Source: a virus
Lineage: Duplodnaviria; Caudoviricetes
DNA length: 36,668 bases
IMG/VR virus record: IMGVR_UViG_3300048598_000574
Location: 1 to 36,668 of that record
Reading direction: 5' to 3' (one strand)
Shown: positions 9,026-17,302 of the stretch, piece by piece
Position numbering within the stretch: the first letter of the stretch is position 1
Layout of the letters: every line of letters begins with the position of its first letter
Notes under the pieces: generated by a model
Databases searched by the model: none
Seen by the model: the letters and a program-made list of their open reading frames with translations, nothing else
What the model was told of the DNA's origin: nothing
Made by a program: the position numbers and the translations under genes

Positions 9026-9827
9026 ATCCGCCGCCGTTACCAGACCGCTTGCTGCGGGCGCGGATTCGCATTCCTCTGGCCACGTCTTTGGCGTAGCCGC
9101 TAGCCATTAGAGCGATTCGCTTCTTCATGGCTTCCGTTCGCACTCTTAACGCAGAGCGTATCTGGTCTAGCTGACGCGAAGCGTTAGGAGCCCGACTGCC
9201 GAACGTGACGGACGGAAATTCACCCACGTTCAGACCGGTGATGTCGGAGATTCCTTTTGGCGTCGGAATGTGGCGCTTGATCCAGGTTGGAACGTGACAG
9301 CCAAGCATTCCCGCCACCTGAGCCCATGATGCCTTCCACCGACCGACGCGCTTGATTATGCCGCCAACGTATGCGGCCCGGTCTTCAAACGAAACAACAA
9401 CGCGAGCCCGCCACGTATTCGGGCCACTCTTTGGTCCGCGAGGTATTTTACCGCGCCAGTTTTGCGCCCGGCGATGGCGTTCCTTCATGCGTGCCCCGGT
9501 TGGGTCAAGTGCTCCCCAAATCAAGTGGAGCTTCTGGCCGCTCTTCGTGGTGATCCACTGGTCGATGTTCATCGCTCCATATTTTGAACCGATGTCATCA
9601 AGCATGCCCTGGTCGATTGCAGTGAACAGCGACCGAAGCTCTCTGGACACCGCACGCTCTCCGATGTCCTTTGTTTGGGGTGGGATGAATCGGCAGATCT
9701 GGACACTGAGACGCATGGTCTCATCGCGCACGATGTCTGAGGCGTCACCCCCGCGACCGTTGGCCGCGAGGGCGTCCGCCAGATCCTGCATCGTCTCCTC
9801 AAACTTCGATGTGTCGCAAGTAATCAC
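9012..9827 (-). CDS. Putative neck/tail completion protein (gpZ/HK97 gp10-like)
   Basis: Basic, Arg-rich 271-aa protein upstream of the terminator-like gene. Confidence 0.55.
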   Translation of the reverse strand: MITCDTSKFEETMQDLADALAANGRGGDASDIVRDETMRLSVQICRFIPPQTKDIGERAVSRELRSLFTAIDQGMLDDIGSKYGAMNIDQWITTKSGQKLHLIWGALDPTGARMKERHRRAQNWRGKIPRGPKSGPNTWRARVVVSFEDRAAYVGGIIKRVGRWKASWAQVAGMLGCHVPTWIKRHIPTPKGISDITGLNVGEFPSVTFGSRAPNASRQLDQIRSALRVRTEAMKKRIALMASGYAKDVARGMRIRARSKRSGNGGGYVIS

Positions 9828-10762
9828 CAGCGGCGAGACCAGACGCCATTAGAAACCACATATACCATCCCGTTTGTGAGCCACGCCTGAGAACCATTAG
9901 GAGCAACAAGAGTTGGTGTGTTGTTGGTTGAGCACGAGAACCAAACGAAAGGGCCATTGGTGACACCACACCACCACGCGGAATTGGTGACATTCAGGCC
10001 ATTTGTTGCCGTAACGCTTCCGCGAAAGCTTCCTCCGTTGGTTACAACTGTGAACGGCTGTATGCCGTTGAGAGTCGAGGCATTCACACCTAAGATTCCG
10101 CTGCCGTCCATCCCGGCACCAATAACACCCCTTCCGTCAGCGATAACATTTCCATTGTCATCCCAGAGCTCAGCGGCACCGGTTGACGTATTCCAATAGG
10201 TCATGCGGGTAGAATCTGGATATGTAAGCCCAATGATTCCACCATCAGTCCTAGCAAACATGCTCACGTTTGTTCCGTTGCACGCAAAGACGTTCCCGTA
10301 GAAATAGGTATCTCCTCTGTTGGTGAAGTCTTCTGAATTTCCGTTGGTGATTAACATCGGAATGATGTTTGTGGAGAGCAGGACCGGGTTCTGATTAAAC
10401 GTCAGGCTCTGCTCCAGCCCGGCGCAGTAGTTGAAATCGAAAGTCTGGCCGTCGCTGTTGGTTTGCACCCAGAAAGCAATGGTGCGGTTTGGCGTGCCCG
10501 AGTCGGCGATATAGTGTCCGGGCCGATTGCTGAAAACAAACACGCCGTTGGTCGGGGTGATGCTTCGCGGGATGGCCATAATGGTATTAGTTCCATCAGC
10601 CTGAACGCCGTATTTCGGGTTCGGATACACTATCATTTTTGGGCTGTATCCAACCCCAAAGCTATCCGTGAGTTTTCCGCGAACGGTTGCGGCTGGGACA
10701 GGGTGGCAGCCAACAAGGCTGGCCACGATTGACAAGATAAAGACTCTCAGTTTCATGTTCAT
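9824..10762 (-). CDS. Tail-fibre-like protein with signal peptide/possible lipobox
   Basis: MNMKLRVFILSIVASLVGC (lipobox LVGC) or SPase I site VPA|A; the next segment TVRGKLTD..G....GVFVFSNRPGHY resembles the lambda Stf N-terminal domain; TN-rich. Confidence 0.6.
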   Translation of the reverse strand: MNMKLRVFILSIVASLVGCHPVPAATVRGKLTDSFGVGYSPKMIVYPNPKYGVQADGTNTIMAIPRSITPTNGVFVFSNRPGHYIADSGTPNRTIAFWVQTNSDGQTFDFNYCAGLEQSLTFNQNPVLLSTNIIPMLITNGNSEDFTNRGDTYFYGNVFACNGTNVSMFARTDGGIIGLTYPDSTRMTYWNTSTGAAELWDDNGNVIADGRGVIGAGMDGSGILGVNASTLNGIQPFTVVTNGGSFRGSVTATNGLNVTNSAWWCGVTNGPFVWFSCSTNNTPTLVAPNGSQAWLTNGMVYVVSNGVWSRRW

Positions 10763-10763
10763 C

Positions 10764-11159
10764 CTATTTCTGGTTTTTGCGCCAATACTCCATCTGGCAA
10801 AAGCAGGAGAGGTGTTGGGCGTCAATTTTAAACGTGTTGGTTGATGTCGATGCCAACCCATCATCAAGTTTTACGGGTGGCGAAAAACGCGAACCGTAAA
10901 GCGCCGCCAGCGCGTTGTATCTTTCCCGAGCGTGCGGAGTAATCACCCCTCCAGTGCAGTCTTTAGAACACCACGCAATGCCCATGAACCGATAGACGTT
11001 GGTGGTGTATGTGAGCCCAACAAGGCCGCTATTGAACTCACCTCCATCAAAACTGTGCGACGTTGAAACAACTCGTTCTGTTGTTACGGTTGACGCACAC
11101 CCCGAAACCAGAAGGGCGGCCACGATGGCGCTACTCAGCGATTTGATTGCGAATCTCAT
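10764..11159 (-). CDS. Lipoprotein, candidate o-spanin
   Basis: MRFAIKSLSSAIVAALLVSGC lipobox; overlaps the upstream coiled-coil gene. Confidence 0.6.
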   Translation of the reverse strand: MRFAIKSLSSAIVAALLVSGCASTVTTERVVSTSHSFDGGEFNSGLVGLTYTTNVYRFMGIAWCSKDCTGGVITPHARERYNALAALYGSRFSPPVKLDDGLASTSTNTFKIDAQHLSCFCQMEYWRKNQK

Positions 11160-11337
11160 TCACGTCTCCTTTTGCAATTGCTGCGTTTACACGGTCAACC
11201 TCTTTGGAGTCGTTGACGCGCTCCTTTGACGCCTTAATGTCTGCCGCATTGTTCAAGTCAAGCCGTTTAGACTGAAGGCCAAGCCACTGCGAAATGGCTT
11301 GGCCCCATGCGGAAATAGCTGCCACGATTCCGGTCAT
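11131..11337 (-). CDS. Small protein, candidate i-spanin
   Basis: Starts MTGIVAAISAWGQAISQWLG (moderately hydrophobic), then a charged helix; precedes and overlaps the lipoprotein gene. Confidence 0.5.
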   Translation of the reverse strand: MTGIVAAISAWGQAISQWLGLQSKRLDLNNAADIKASKERVNDSKEVDRVNAAIAKGDVNEIRNQIAE

Positions 11338-11338
11338 A

Positions 11339-11866
11339 CTAGGAGTTTGATATGGAGATGGCCGACTCGATGCCTTTGCGGATGGCATCCAAGGCCGGGA
11401 CCAGGTAATCGACTTGATTGAGCTTCTTGCTGACGATGTCCGCCTCGGTGGCCTGATACAGCTCAAGGATGTCAGAGATCCAAGACTTCACTTCGGAAGA
11501 GTCTCGAATCTCCTTCACCGAAATGCTGTTGAGTGAGTTGGATAGCGAAGCGCTATCATAGGTGCCGGAGTTGATTAGAGACGACAACACAACGTCGGCA
11601 GCCTGGAAATAGGCGCGGGCATTCTTGTCTTGCTGCATGGCATACAGCGCCCCTTCTTTGGCTCCAATCTTCAAAGCGGCGTATCCGATCTTGGTCACGA
11701 TGCCATTCGTGCCAACATAGGCGTTGGTCGAGTAATCAACGTCTGAGTTTGTTGCGGTAGTGGAAGTGCTGGAGTTGGTTGTTTTGCATCCCTGGACCGC
11801 AAACGACACCAGGCCAATGAAGGCAACCGCGAACAATAGAACGATGTAAGGCCGAAGAGTTTTCAT
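11339..11866 (-). CDS. Putative lipoprotein
   Basis: Hydrophobic leader ending AVQGC, S/T-rich tether, then a helical domain. Confidence 0.65.
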   Translation of the reverse strand: MKTLRPYIVLLFAVAFIGLVSFAVQGCKTTNSSTSTTATNSDVDYSTNAYVGTNGIVTKIGYAALKIGAKEGALYAMQQDKNARAYFQAADVVLSSLINSGTYDSASLSNSLNSISVKEIRDSSEVKSWISDILELYQATEADIVSKKLNQVDYLVPALDAIRKGIESAISISNS

Positions 11867-11867
11867 G

Positions 11868-12092
11868 TTAATTTTCAGGAGGTAGCGGGGACTGTTTCAG
11901 GTAGGCGAACGCACCAACGGCCCCGCCGCCGATGATGGTCGTCAAAAACTGTGAAAGCGTTAACTGGGGAATGTGAACGCCGATCATGTTTCCGGCAGCG
12001 TTGCCAAATAGGGCGATGCCCGCCGAAGCGATTCCGGTGATAGCCGCAGAGCCAAGACCGTGCAACCATTTGCTAAAAGGTGTGTTGGCCAT
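11868..12092 (-). CDS. Holin-like two-TM membrane protein
   Basis: 74 aa, two hydrophobic segments, ends YLKQSPLPPEN; start taken at MANTP. Confidence 0.6.
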   Translation of the reverse strand: MANTPFSKWLHGLGSAAITGIASAGIALFGNAAGNMIGVHIPQLTLSQFLTTIIGGGAVGAFAYLKQSPLPPEN

Positions 12093-12093
12093 A

Positions 12094-12432
12094 TCAGGCG
12101 TAGTCAGTTGAGCAAGTGAACACAACCTTGATATCGTGCTTCTTGCGGTCGGTTATGGTGTGCTGGCGTCCAGTTGGTTGGTTGGAGGCTCGGTCATACT
12201 CAACAAGCACATCGCCGGTATTGAGTGACAAAACGTTGCTCGCGTCGTTCGCAATATGGATGTCGGAGAACATGCGGCGGTCGTTTTCTGTCACTTCAAA
12301 GTTTCCGCTTCCACCTCGCCCGAGGTCTTCAGCCAGTCCGACAAACTCAAATTTGTCTAACCGAAATATTAAACCCCTGGCGCTAATGGACGCGTTAAAA
12401 CCGGCGATGCGCAGTTGTTGAGCCTGAGTCAT
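12094..12432 (-). CDS. Putative head-tail joining protein (gpFII-like)
   Basis: 112 aa, beta-rich, LNTGDVLV...HTITD pattern; position after capsid gene. Confidence 0.55.
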   Translation of the reverse strand: MTQAQQLRIAGFNASISARGLIFRLDKFEFVGLAEDLGRGGSGNFEVTENDRRMFSDIHIANDASNVLSLNTGDVLVEYDRASNQPTGRQHTITDRKKHDIKVVFTCSTDYA

Positions 12433-12435
12433 GCG

Positions 12436-12822
12436 CTACTTGCTGGCAAGTTTGGCCTGCAACTCCTCAAGCTGCTTCTTGAGCGCGGCATTCTCGTCGG
12501 CAATTGATGCTACAACCGGATTCTGACGGGACAACTCTTCGACCTGTGCGATTTTTGCGGCAGCCGTCTGAGCATTGCACAGGTCGCGATATTCCTTGGG
12601 CGTCATACCCAAGATGAGCGTGCGCGATTTTGCCAACTCAGCAGCGGCGATTTTTGCGGCAGCGGCGGCGTCGGCTTCACTTTCAGAGCTGCCATCATCA
12701 TCGGATTCAGCCTCAACCGGCGCGGCGGTTTTGGCTGTTGGTTGGGTAGGTTCCGCAGCCGTGGCGGCGGATGTGTCGAATTCTGCGGCAGCGGCGGCGT
12801 CGGCTTGGGTAGGTGTGCTCAT
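12436..12822 (-). CDS. Ala-rich acidic/coiled-coil protein (gpFI position)
   Basis: Low-complexity N-terminal part, heptad C-terminal part, immediately after the major capsid gene. Confidence 0.55.
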   Translation of the reverse strand: MSTPTQADAAAAAEFDTSAATAAEPTQPTAKTAAPVEAESDDDGSSESEADAAAAAKIAAAELAKSRTLILGMTPKEYRDLCNAQTAAAKIAQVEELSRQNPVVASIADENAALKKQLEELQAKLASK

Positions 12823-12839
12823 TGTGTCTTCGGTTTAAA

Positions 12840-12872
12840 GGGCCACCCGGTTCTTTTAATTCCGGGTAGCCC
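12840..12872 (-). terminator. Stem-loop after capsid gene, probable weak terminator
   Basis: Minus strand GGGCTACCCGG-11 nt-CCGGGTGGCCC followed by TTTAAA. Confidence 0.6.
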
Positions 12873-12889
12873 ACATGAACGATTGCTGA

Positions 12890-13981
12890 CTAGCCGTTGG
12901 TGCGGAGAGCGACAATGCCCACACGATCCGCGCTGGAGTAGTCAAGCGCCCAGTTGCCGTAGGTGGCCAACTCGGTATTGGTGGCAGACTGACCCGCCGG
13001 CGCTCCGGTCCACTGGCAGCCGTTTGGGTGGAGGATGAACCGCGTGCGGTCGTAGATTTCCTCGTTGTTCTTCTGCTTGTCCATCCAGTAGGACAGAGAA
13101 GCAACGTCCACCGTGTCACCGGCCTGCGGCTTCTCACCCCATGCGAACACACCGGGCGCGAAGATGTAGGTGTCGAACACGTAGCCCGAGGCGCTACCAG
13201 CCCGGCGCAGCGCGTTTGACAAAAACACACGCATGCCCTTGTAATACTCAACGCGACCAGTGCCAAAAGCCGGGAACGCGCTGGTGTCGGTGCCCTGGGC
13301 CTGCGGCTTGCCGCTAAGCTCAAGAGGCTGATTCGAGTAATGCTCGAAGCTGATCTGATCCTGCTTCAGCAATGCGGCCCGGATGCTGGGGTGCATCAGG
13401 ATTCCGCCACCCTTTACGGTGTCCGCCAACTCACCCAGCATGGCGATGGTGTCAACGATAGCTCCAACGCTCACGCATTGGCCTGCGGCGGGGCTGGCAC
13501 CGGCCTCCAAGAAGATATCGTTACGGACGGTGTAGAGGCAGCCGGTGGCGGCGCTCGGCGCGGCGGCGTTATTGAACAAACCGCGAAGGATGTTGATCAT
13601 CGTGGTCTGGCGCTGCTTCTGCCGGCGAATGGCGAGCTGGCCAACGATGGCTTCGACGGGCTGGGAGCCAGATACCTGGGCAGCCAGAGCCGTAGCATCG
13701 TTTGCGGTTTCTCGGTTCAACAGCGCGGCAATCTGCTTGCCAGAGCCAATCACCTGCTTGGTGGGCTGGGTGTTTTCAGCCTGGGGCGCATCAGCCTGAT
13801 CGGAGATGTCGCGGAAATACGGCAGGTTTACGGTTGTGCCCGCGCCGGAGGCGAACTCGTCAAACTGCGGATTGCGGACGCAAATCGGCGAGTTGATGAG
13901 CGCGGGGAACGTGGCGAGTTTTTCCTGGACGCCCTGAATCCAAATTTGGGGCACCCACAAATTACTAATTGCGGTAGGCAT
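12890..13981 (-). CDS. Major capsid protein (SPP1 gp13-like, HK97 fold)
   Basis: N-terminal ISNLWVPQIW...GTTVNLPYFRDI and C-terminal RTRFILHPNG...TNTELAT.GNW resemble SPP1-type coat proteins. Confidence 0.85.
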   Translation of the reverse strand: MPTAISNLWVPQIWIQGVQEKLATFPALINSPICVRNPQFDEFASGAGTTVNLPYFRDISDQADAPQAENTQPTKQVIGSGKQIAALLNRETANDATALAAQVSGSQPVEAIVGQLAIRRQKQRQTTMINILRGLFNNAAAPSAATGCLYTVRNDIFLEAGASPAAGQCVSVGAIVDTIAMLGELADTVKGGGILMHPSIRAALLKQDQISFEHYSNQPLELSGKPQAQGTDTSAFPAFGTGRVEYYKGMRVFLSNALRRAGSASGYVFDTYIFAPGVFAWGEKPQAGDTVDVASLSYWMDKQKNNEEIYDRTRFILHPNGCQWTGAPAGQSATNTELATYGNWALDYSSADRVGIVALRTNG

Positions 13982-14026
13982 GGTGCTGTGTCGTGGTTAG
14001 TGTTTCGGTGGTTCGTTGAGGGTGGC

Positions 14027-14446
14027 TTACTTTGCGGGTGTTCCCTTGGCGAGAGCCACTTGCTCATCGAGGGAAAGCTTCTTGTCAGCCTTGGCGGCGG
14101 GTTGCGCGGCAGCCTTGCCGGAGATGCCGAGAGCAGCGACCTTGGCAGCCGTTCGCTTCTCCAAATCCTGCTCCTTGGCGGAAAGCTCGGCGTTGGTAGC
14201 CTTCAGTGTGTCGCGCTCGCTGGTGATTGTGGCCAAGTCAGAATTGGCCTTCGTCGTGGCCGCTTGGGAGTCCGTGAGATTCTTCTTGAGGGTAGAAACC
14301 TCGCCGGTAAGCGTGGCGTTGCTGGCCTTTTCTGCATCAACCTGCTTTTGCAAGGTGCCGATGGTTTGCTTGGCTGTGGCCAAGTCGGCCTTGAGCTGAT
14401 CATTGAGCGCAACAATCTCGGACTGGTCGGGAATGGTGTCGGGCAT
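14027..14446 (-). CDS. Putative scaffolding protein
   Basis: 139-aa coiled coil between protease and capsid genes. Confidence 0.65.
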   Translation of the reverse strand: MPDTIPDQSEIVALNDQLKADLATAKQTIGTLQKQVDAEKASNATLTGEVSTLKKNLTDSQAATTKANSDLATITSERDTLKATNAELSAKEQDLEKRTAAKVAALGISGKAAAQPAAKADKKLSLDEQVALAKGTPAK

Positions 14447-14502
14447 AGTGGTGTTACTTGGTTTCGTTAAAATTCAAATACGCGTTCGGATAACTAGAAT
14501 CG

Positions 14503-15363
14503 TTAAGAGGTGGCTTTGCGGGCGATTGCTCCCTTGAGCCGGGCCATCGCGTAACCAATGTCACCAACGGCATCAATAAGCCCGGCAGCTTTGGCGGAAG
14601 CGCCAGAGAACGAGCGACCGGTCATGGAGCCGTCTTTTACCTGCGGGCGTGCGGTCTGCACGGCGCTCTTGAAGTCGTCAAAGGTGGCCTGCGCGGAATC
14701 CTGCATGAACTGGCGCTGCTCCTCGCTCAACGATGTTCCGGGCACGCCAATGGCTTTATGCTTGGCCTCCTTGTTTTTGATTACATCTACCTTGATGCCG
14801 GCGTTATCCAGCATTCGCGAGCGGTCAACAAAAGTGCGAAACACGCCAATCGAGCCAACCATCGCGGACTTAGACGCAATGACTTCGCTGGCCTGCGAGC
14901 CGATGTAGTAGGCTAGGCTTTCCATGCCACCACCAGTCCAAGCCACAACCGGCTTGATCCGGCTCATATCACGAACAGCCTCCGCAACCTCCGGCCCGCC
15001 GGTAATGAATCCGCCTGGAGAGTCAATGTCCAAAAGCACACCCTTTACCTTTGGGTTGATGGCGGCGTCCTGAATAACGCCCAATATAGCTGCCGAGTCC
15101 TCCACTCCGTTATACATCTCATACAAGTCGGGCTTGCGGGCTAGCACTCCAGAAATTGGGATGGTGGCGATGCCTGTGTTTTCATCCATCGAAACAACCG
15201 GCTTTAGCGCACCCTTCAGCTTCGCAATAATGGGATGATCTGCGGCTTGCTCGGGCGAAACTCCGGCCTCGATTTTCAACTCGCGCCATCCCTCGGCGAG
15301 GGCCGTTAATGCCCCCTCTGTGAGTAGTGCGAAGTCGTTATTTAGACGGTGAAGAATTTTCAT
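14503..15363 (-). CDS. S49 (SppA-type) prohead protease, lambda gpC-like
   Basis: LLDIDSPGG, MESLAYYIGS, VGSIGV and GLIDAV motifs. Confidence 0.92.
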   Translation of the reverse strand: MKILHRLNNDFALLTEGALTALAEGWRELKIEAGVSPEQAADHPIIAKLKGALKPVVSMDENTGIATIPISGVLARKPDLYEMYNGVEDSAAILGVIQDAAINPKVKGVLLDIDSPGGFITGGPEVAEAVRDMSRIKPVVAWTGGGMESLAYYIGSQASEVIASKSAMVGSIGVFRTFVDRSRMLDNAGIKVDVIKNKEAKHKAIGVPGTSLSEEQRQFMQDSAQATFDDFKSAVQTARPQVKDGSMTGRSFSGASAKAAGLIDAVGDIGYAMARLKGAIARKATS

Positions 15364-16981
15364 TGCTCTTTTTGGGTTCGGTGTTTTGCTCCTCTTTCTT
15401 GTCCGCGCCGGCGGCTGGCGCTGGCTTTGCGATCGTGTATCCCCACTTTGAGAGAATCCATTCGATGGGGATGCGGTAGCGCTTGGCTATATCTGCGGCC
15501 TTTCCGATGATGTAGTCATCCTCGATGAAGCCTTGGTCAGTCTCACGCAACCACCCAAGCGAGCGGTTGCCGTAGCATTCCTGCCGGGTGCGCAGACCCG
15601 AGAGCACGTCCTCTCTCCATTGCTGGGCATCGCGACCGTCGTCGATTGAAACCTTGGGTGGCCCTTGCCACTCCATTTTTTCCCAGCCTTCCTGAGATGG
15701 GAGCTGGTTGGTGGCGATTCCCCAGCCAATAACGCGAACCCAAACCCACTCCACAAAGCGAGCCATCACCACTTGGCGCGAATTGAACTTGCGCTGAGCC
15801 TTCCCGTTCACGCTGCGCTCAGCCGGCCCGGTGTTTCCTCGATGGACGATGAAAGCCGGTGGAACTCCAAGACCGGAGACGTAGCAGCCGGCCAGGTATT
15901 CCAGCATGTCGATAACTCGGTCTCCGGGTCGATTGTTGTCGAGCTGGTGAAGCTTCTGGCCCTTGGGCATCACTGGGATGTCCCCCCCAAGCAAAGACGC
16001 CATCGATATGTTGGACTCTTCTGGGGTCGCGTCAGAATCAGGCTCGTTTCCAGGGATGGTGGCGGCGGAGGTTACATTCCCGCTGGAGTCAACCTGCTCG
16101 TTTCCGGTTGCCGTTCCCCAAACGTCTGGATCTTCCGAGTCCGCACCTTCCAGCACGGCAGCCAATGCGCTCGAAATCTTCGTGGCCAACTTCTCGAAAC
16201 CCTTGATGTCTTTGGCGTCACGGATGTCATTCATTCCGCGACGGGCCGGGCTCATGCCTCGATACTCGCGAGACCGCTCCGGGTCGTAGATGAGCATCAT
16301 CGAGTTGGCATCGAAGAACTCAGGCGGAGCGCCAACATCTGGCCGCACCCAATAGCCAATCACCTGCCCCTTTTCGGTTACACCAACCCCGTCAACATGC
16401 TTGATTTTTGGGTCTGTAATCGATGTTGAGTTTATGCGCGTCGGGTCGATTAACTGAATCTGCGGAAGCCCATTCTCCTCCGTTACTAGCGGCGCTGCCT
16501 CGCCGACGGTATCCATGCCAATACACATGATCCGCTGGAGAGAATCGAAATCGAAACGGCCAGTGAAGTCGGCGCGTTTCCCCCAATTGCGAAAGAATTC
16601 ATCCGCCACCTTGTTCCAATCCGAGCTTACCGACGCGGCCATAGGGGCGATTGGAACCGAATAATTGGCGATGGTGTCAACGGCAAGCGCCACGGTCCCG
16701 TCGTTGTCGTAGAGATACTCCGCGAGCATCCCCAGCCGATCCCGATTGAATGACCGGATAACGTGGCGAAGCGCGAAGCTGTAGATCGGAATGATGCTGC
16801 GGTCATCTGAAAGATTCAGAGCCTCGTAATAGCTCCGCGCTGGATATCCCGGAACTCCCGGCAGTGGGTCGGATGTGCGCGATGTGCGCGGGGACTGCGT
16901 GGTCCCGTTAGCCTGAACACGCTGCGGCTTCGGAACTTCAGGCAGTGGGCTTTGACCGAAAAGATAAGTAAGCAATCCCAT
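15338..16981 (-). CDS. Portal protein, lambda family
   Basis: WGKRADFTGRFDF..LQ, GYWVR, YRGMSP and WQGPPKVSIDDGRDA motifs; lies between terminase and protease genes. Confidence 0.9.
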   Translation of the reverse strand: MGLLTYLFGQSPLPEVPKPQRVQANGTTQSPRTSRTSDPLPGVPGYPARSYYEALNLSDDRSIIPIYSFALRHVIRSFNRDRLGMLAEYLYDNDGTVALAVDTIANYSVPIAPMAASVSSDWNKVADEFFRNWGKRADFTGRFDFDSLQRIMCIGMDTVGEAAPLVTEENGLPQIQLIDPTRINSTSITDPKIKHVDGVGVTEKGQVIGYWVRPDVGAPPEFFDANSMMLIYDPERSREYRGMSPARRGMNDIRDAKDIKGFEKLATKISSALAAVLEGADSEDPDVWGTATGNEQVDSSGNVTSAATIPGNEPDSDATPEESNISMASLLGGDIPVMPKGQKLHQLDNNRPGDRVIDMLEYLAGCYVSGLGVPPAFIVHRGNTGPAERSVNGKAQRKFNSRQVVMARFVEWVWVRVIGWGIATNQLPSQEGWEKMEWQGPPKVSIDDGRDAQQWREDVLSGLRTRQECYGNRSLGWLRETDQGFIEDDYIIGKAADIAKRYRIPIEWILSKWGYTIAKPAPAAGADKKEEQNTEPKKSNENSSPSK

Positions 16982-16984
16982 ATT

Positions 16985-17287
16985 TTAGGAGGGTGTGGAC
17001 TGGGCAAACGAGACGCGGAGCCGACGCACGCGCCGCGCTCCATTGATTCGGTCGATTGCCAACTGAATCAGGACCATGAGCTGTTGCGGTGTCTGGTCCT
17101 GGGGAAGCGAGAAAGTTACAGTTCCGCCGCCTTCGGTTGTGGACAGCAACACCTTTCCGCCGGCAATGTCGTTGCGAAAAATGGCATCACGAATCGCCGC
17201 AAGAACCTCGCCGGATGTCTTGCTTGTCTGAGCGCCGATGCTTTCAGCACTGGCGACAATTGCGCGGAGTAGATTTACATCGGCCAC
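16985..17287 (-). CDS. Head completion protein (gpW position)
   Basis: 100 aa between TerL and portal genes. Confidence 0.55.
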   Translation of the reverse strand: MADVNLLRAIVASAESIGAQTSKTSGEVLAAIRDAIFRNDIAGGKVLLSTTEGGGTVTFSLPQDQTPQQLMVLIQLAIDRINGARRVRRLRVSFAQSTPS

Positions 17288-17302
17288 GCATGACTCAAAT
17301 CG

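Noticed and set aside
12655-12806. 23-bp direct repeat TGCGGCAGCGGCGGCGTCGGCTT (12655-12677 and 12784-12806)
   Set aside because: Explained by a duplicated ADAAAAA peptide in a low-complexity protein; not att-like
13340-14470. 376-aa plus-strand ORF
   Set aside because: Antisense shadow of the capsid and scaffold genes, with no motifs
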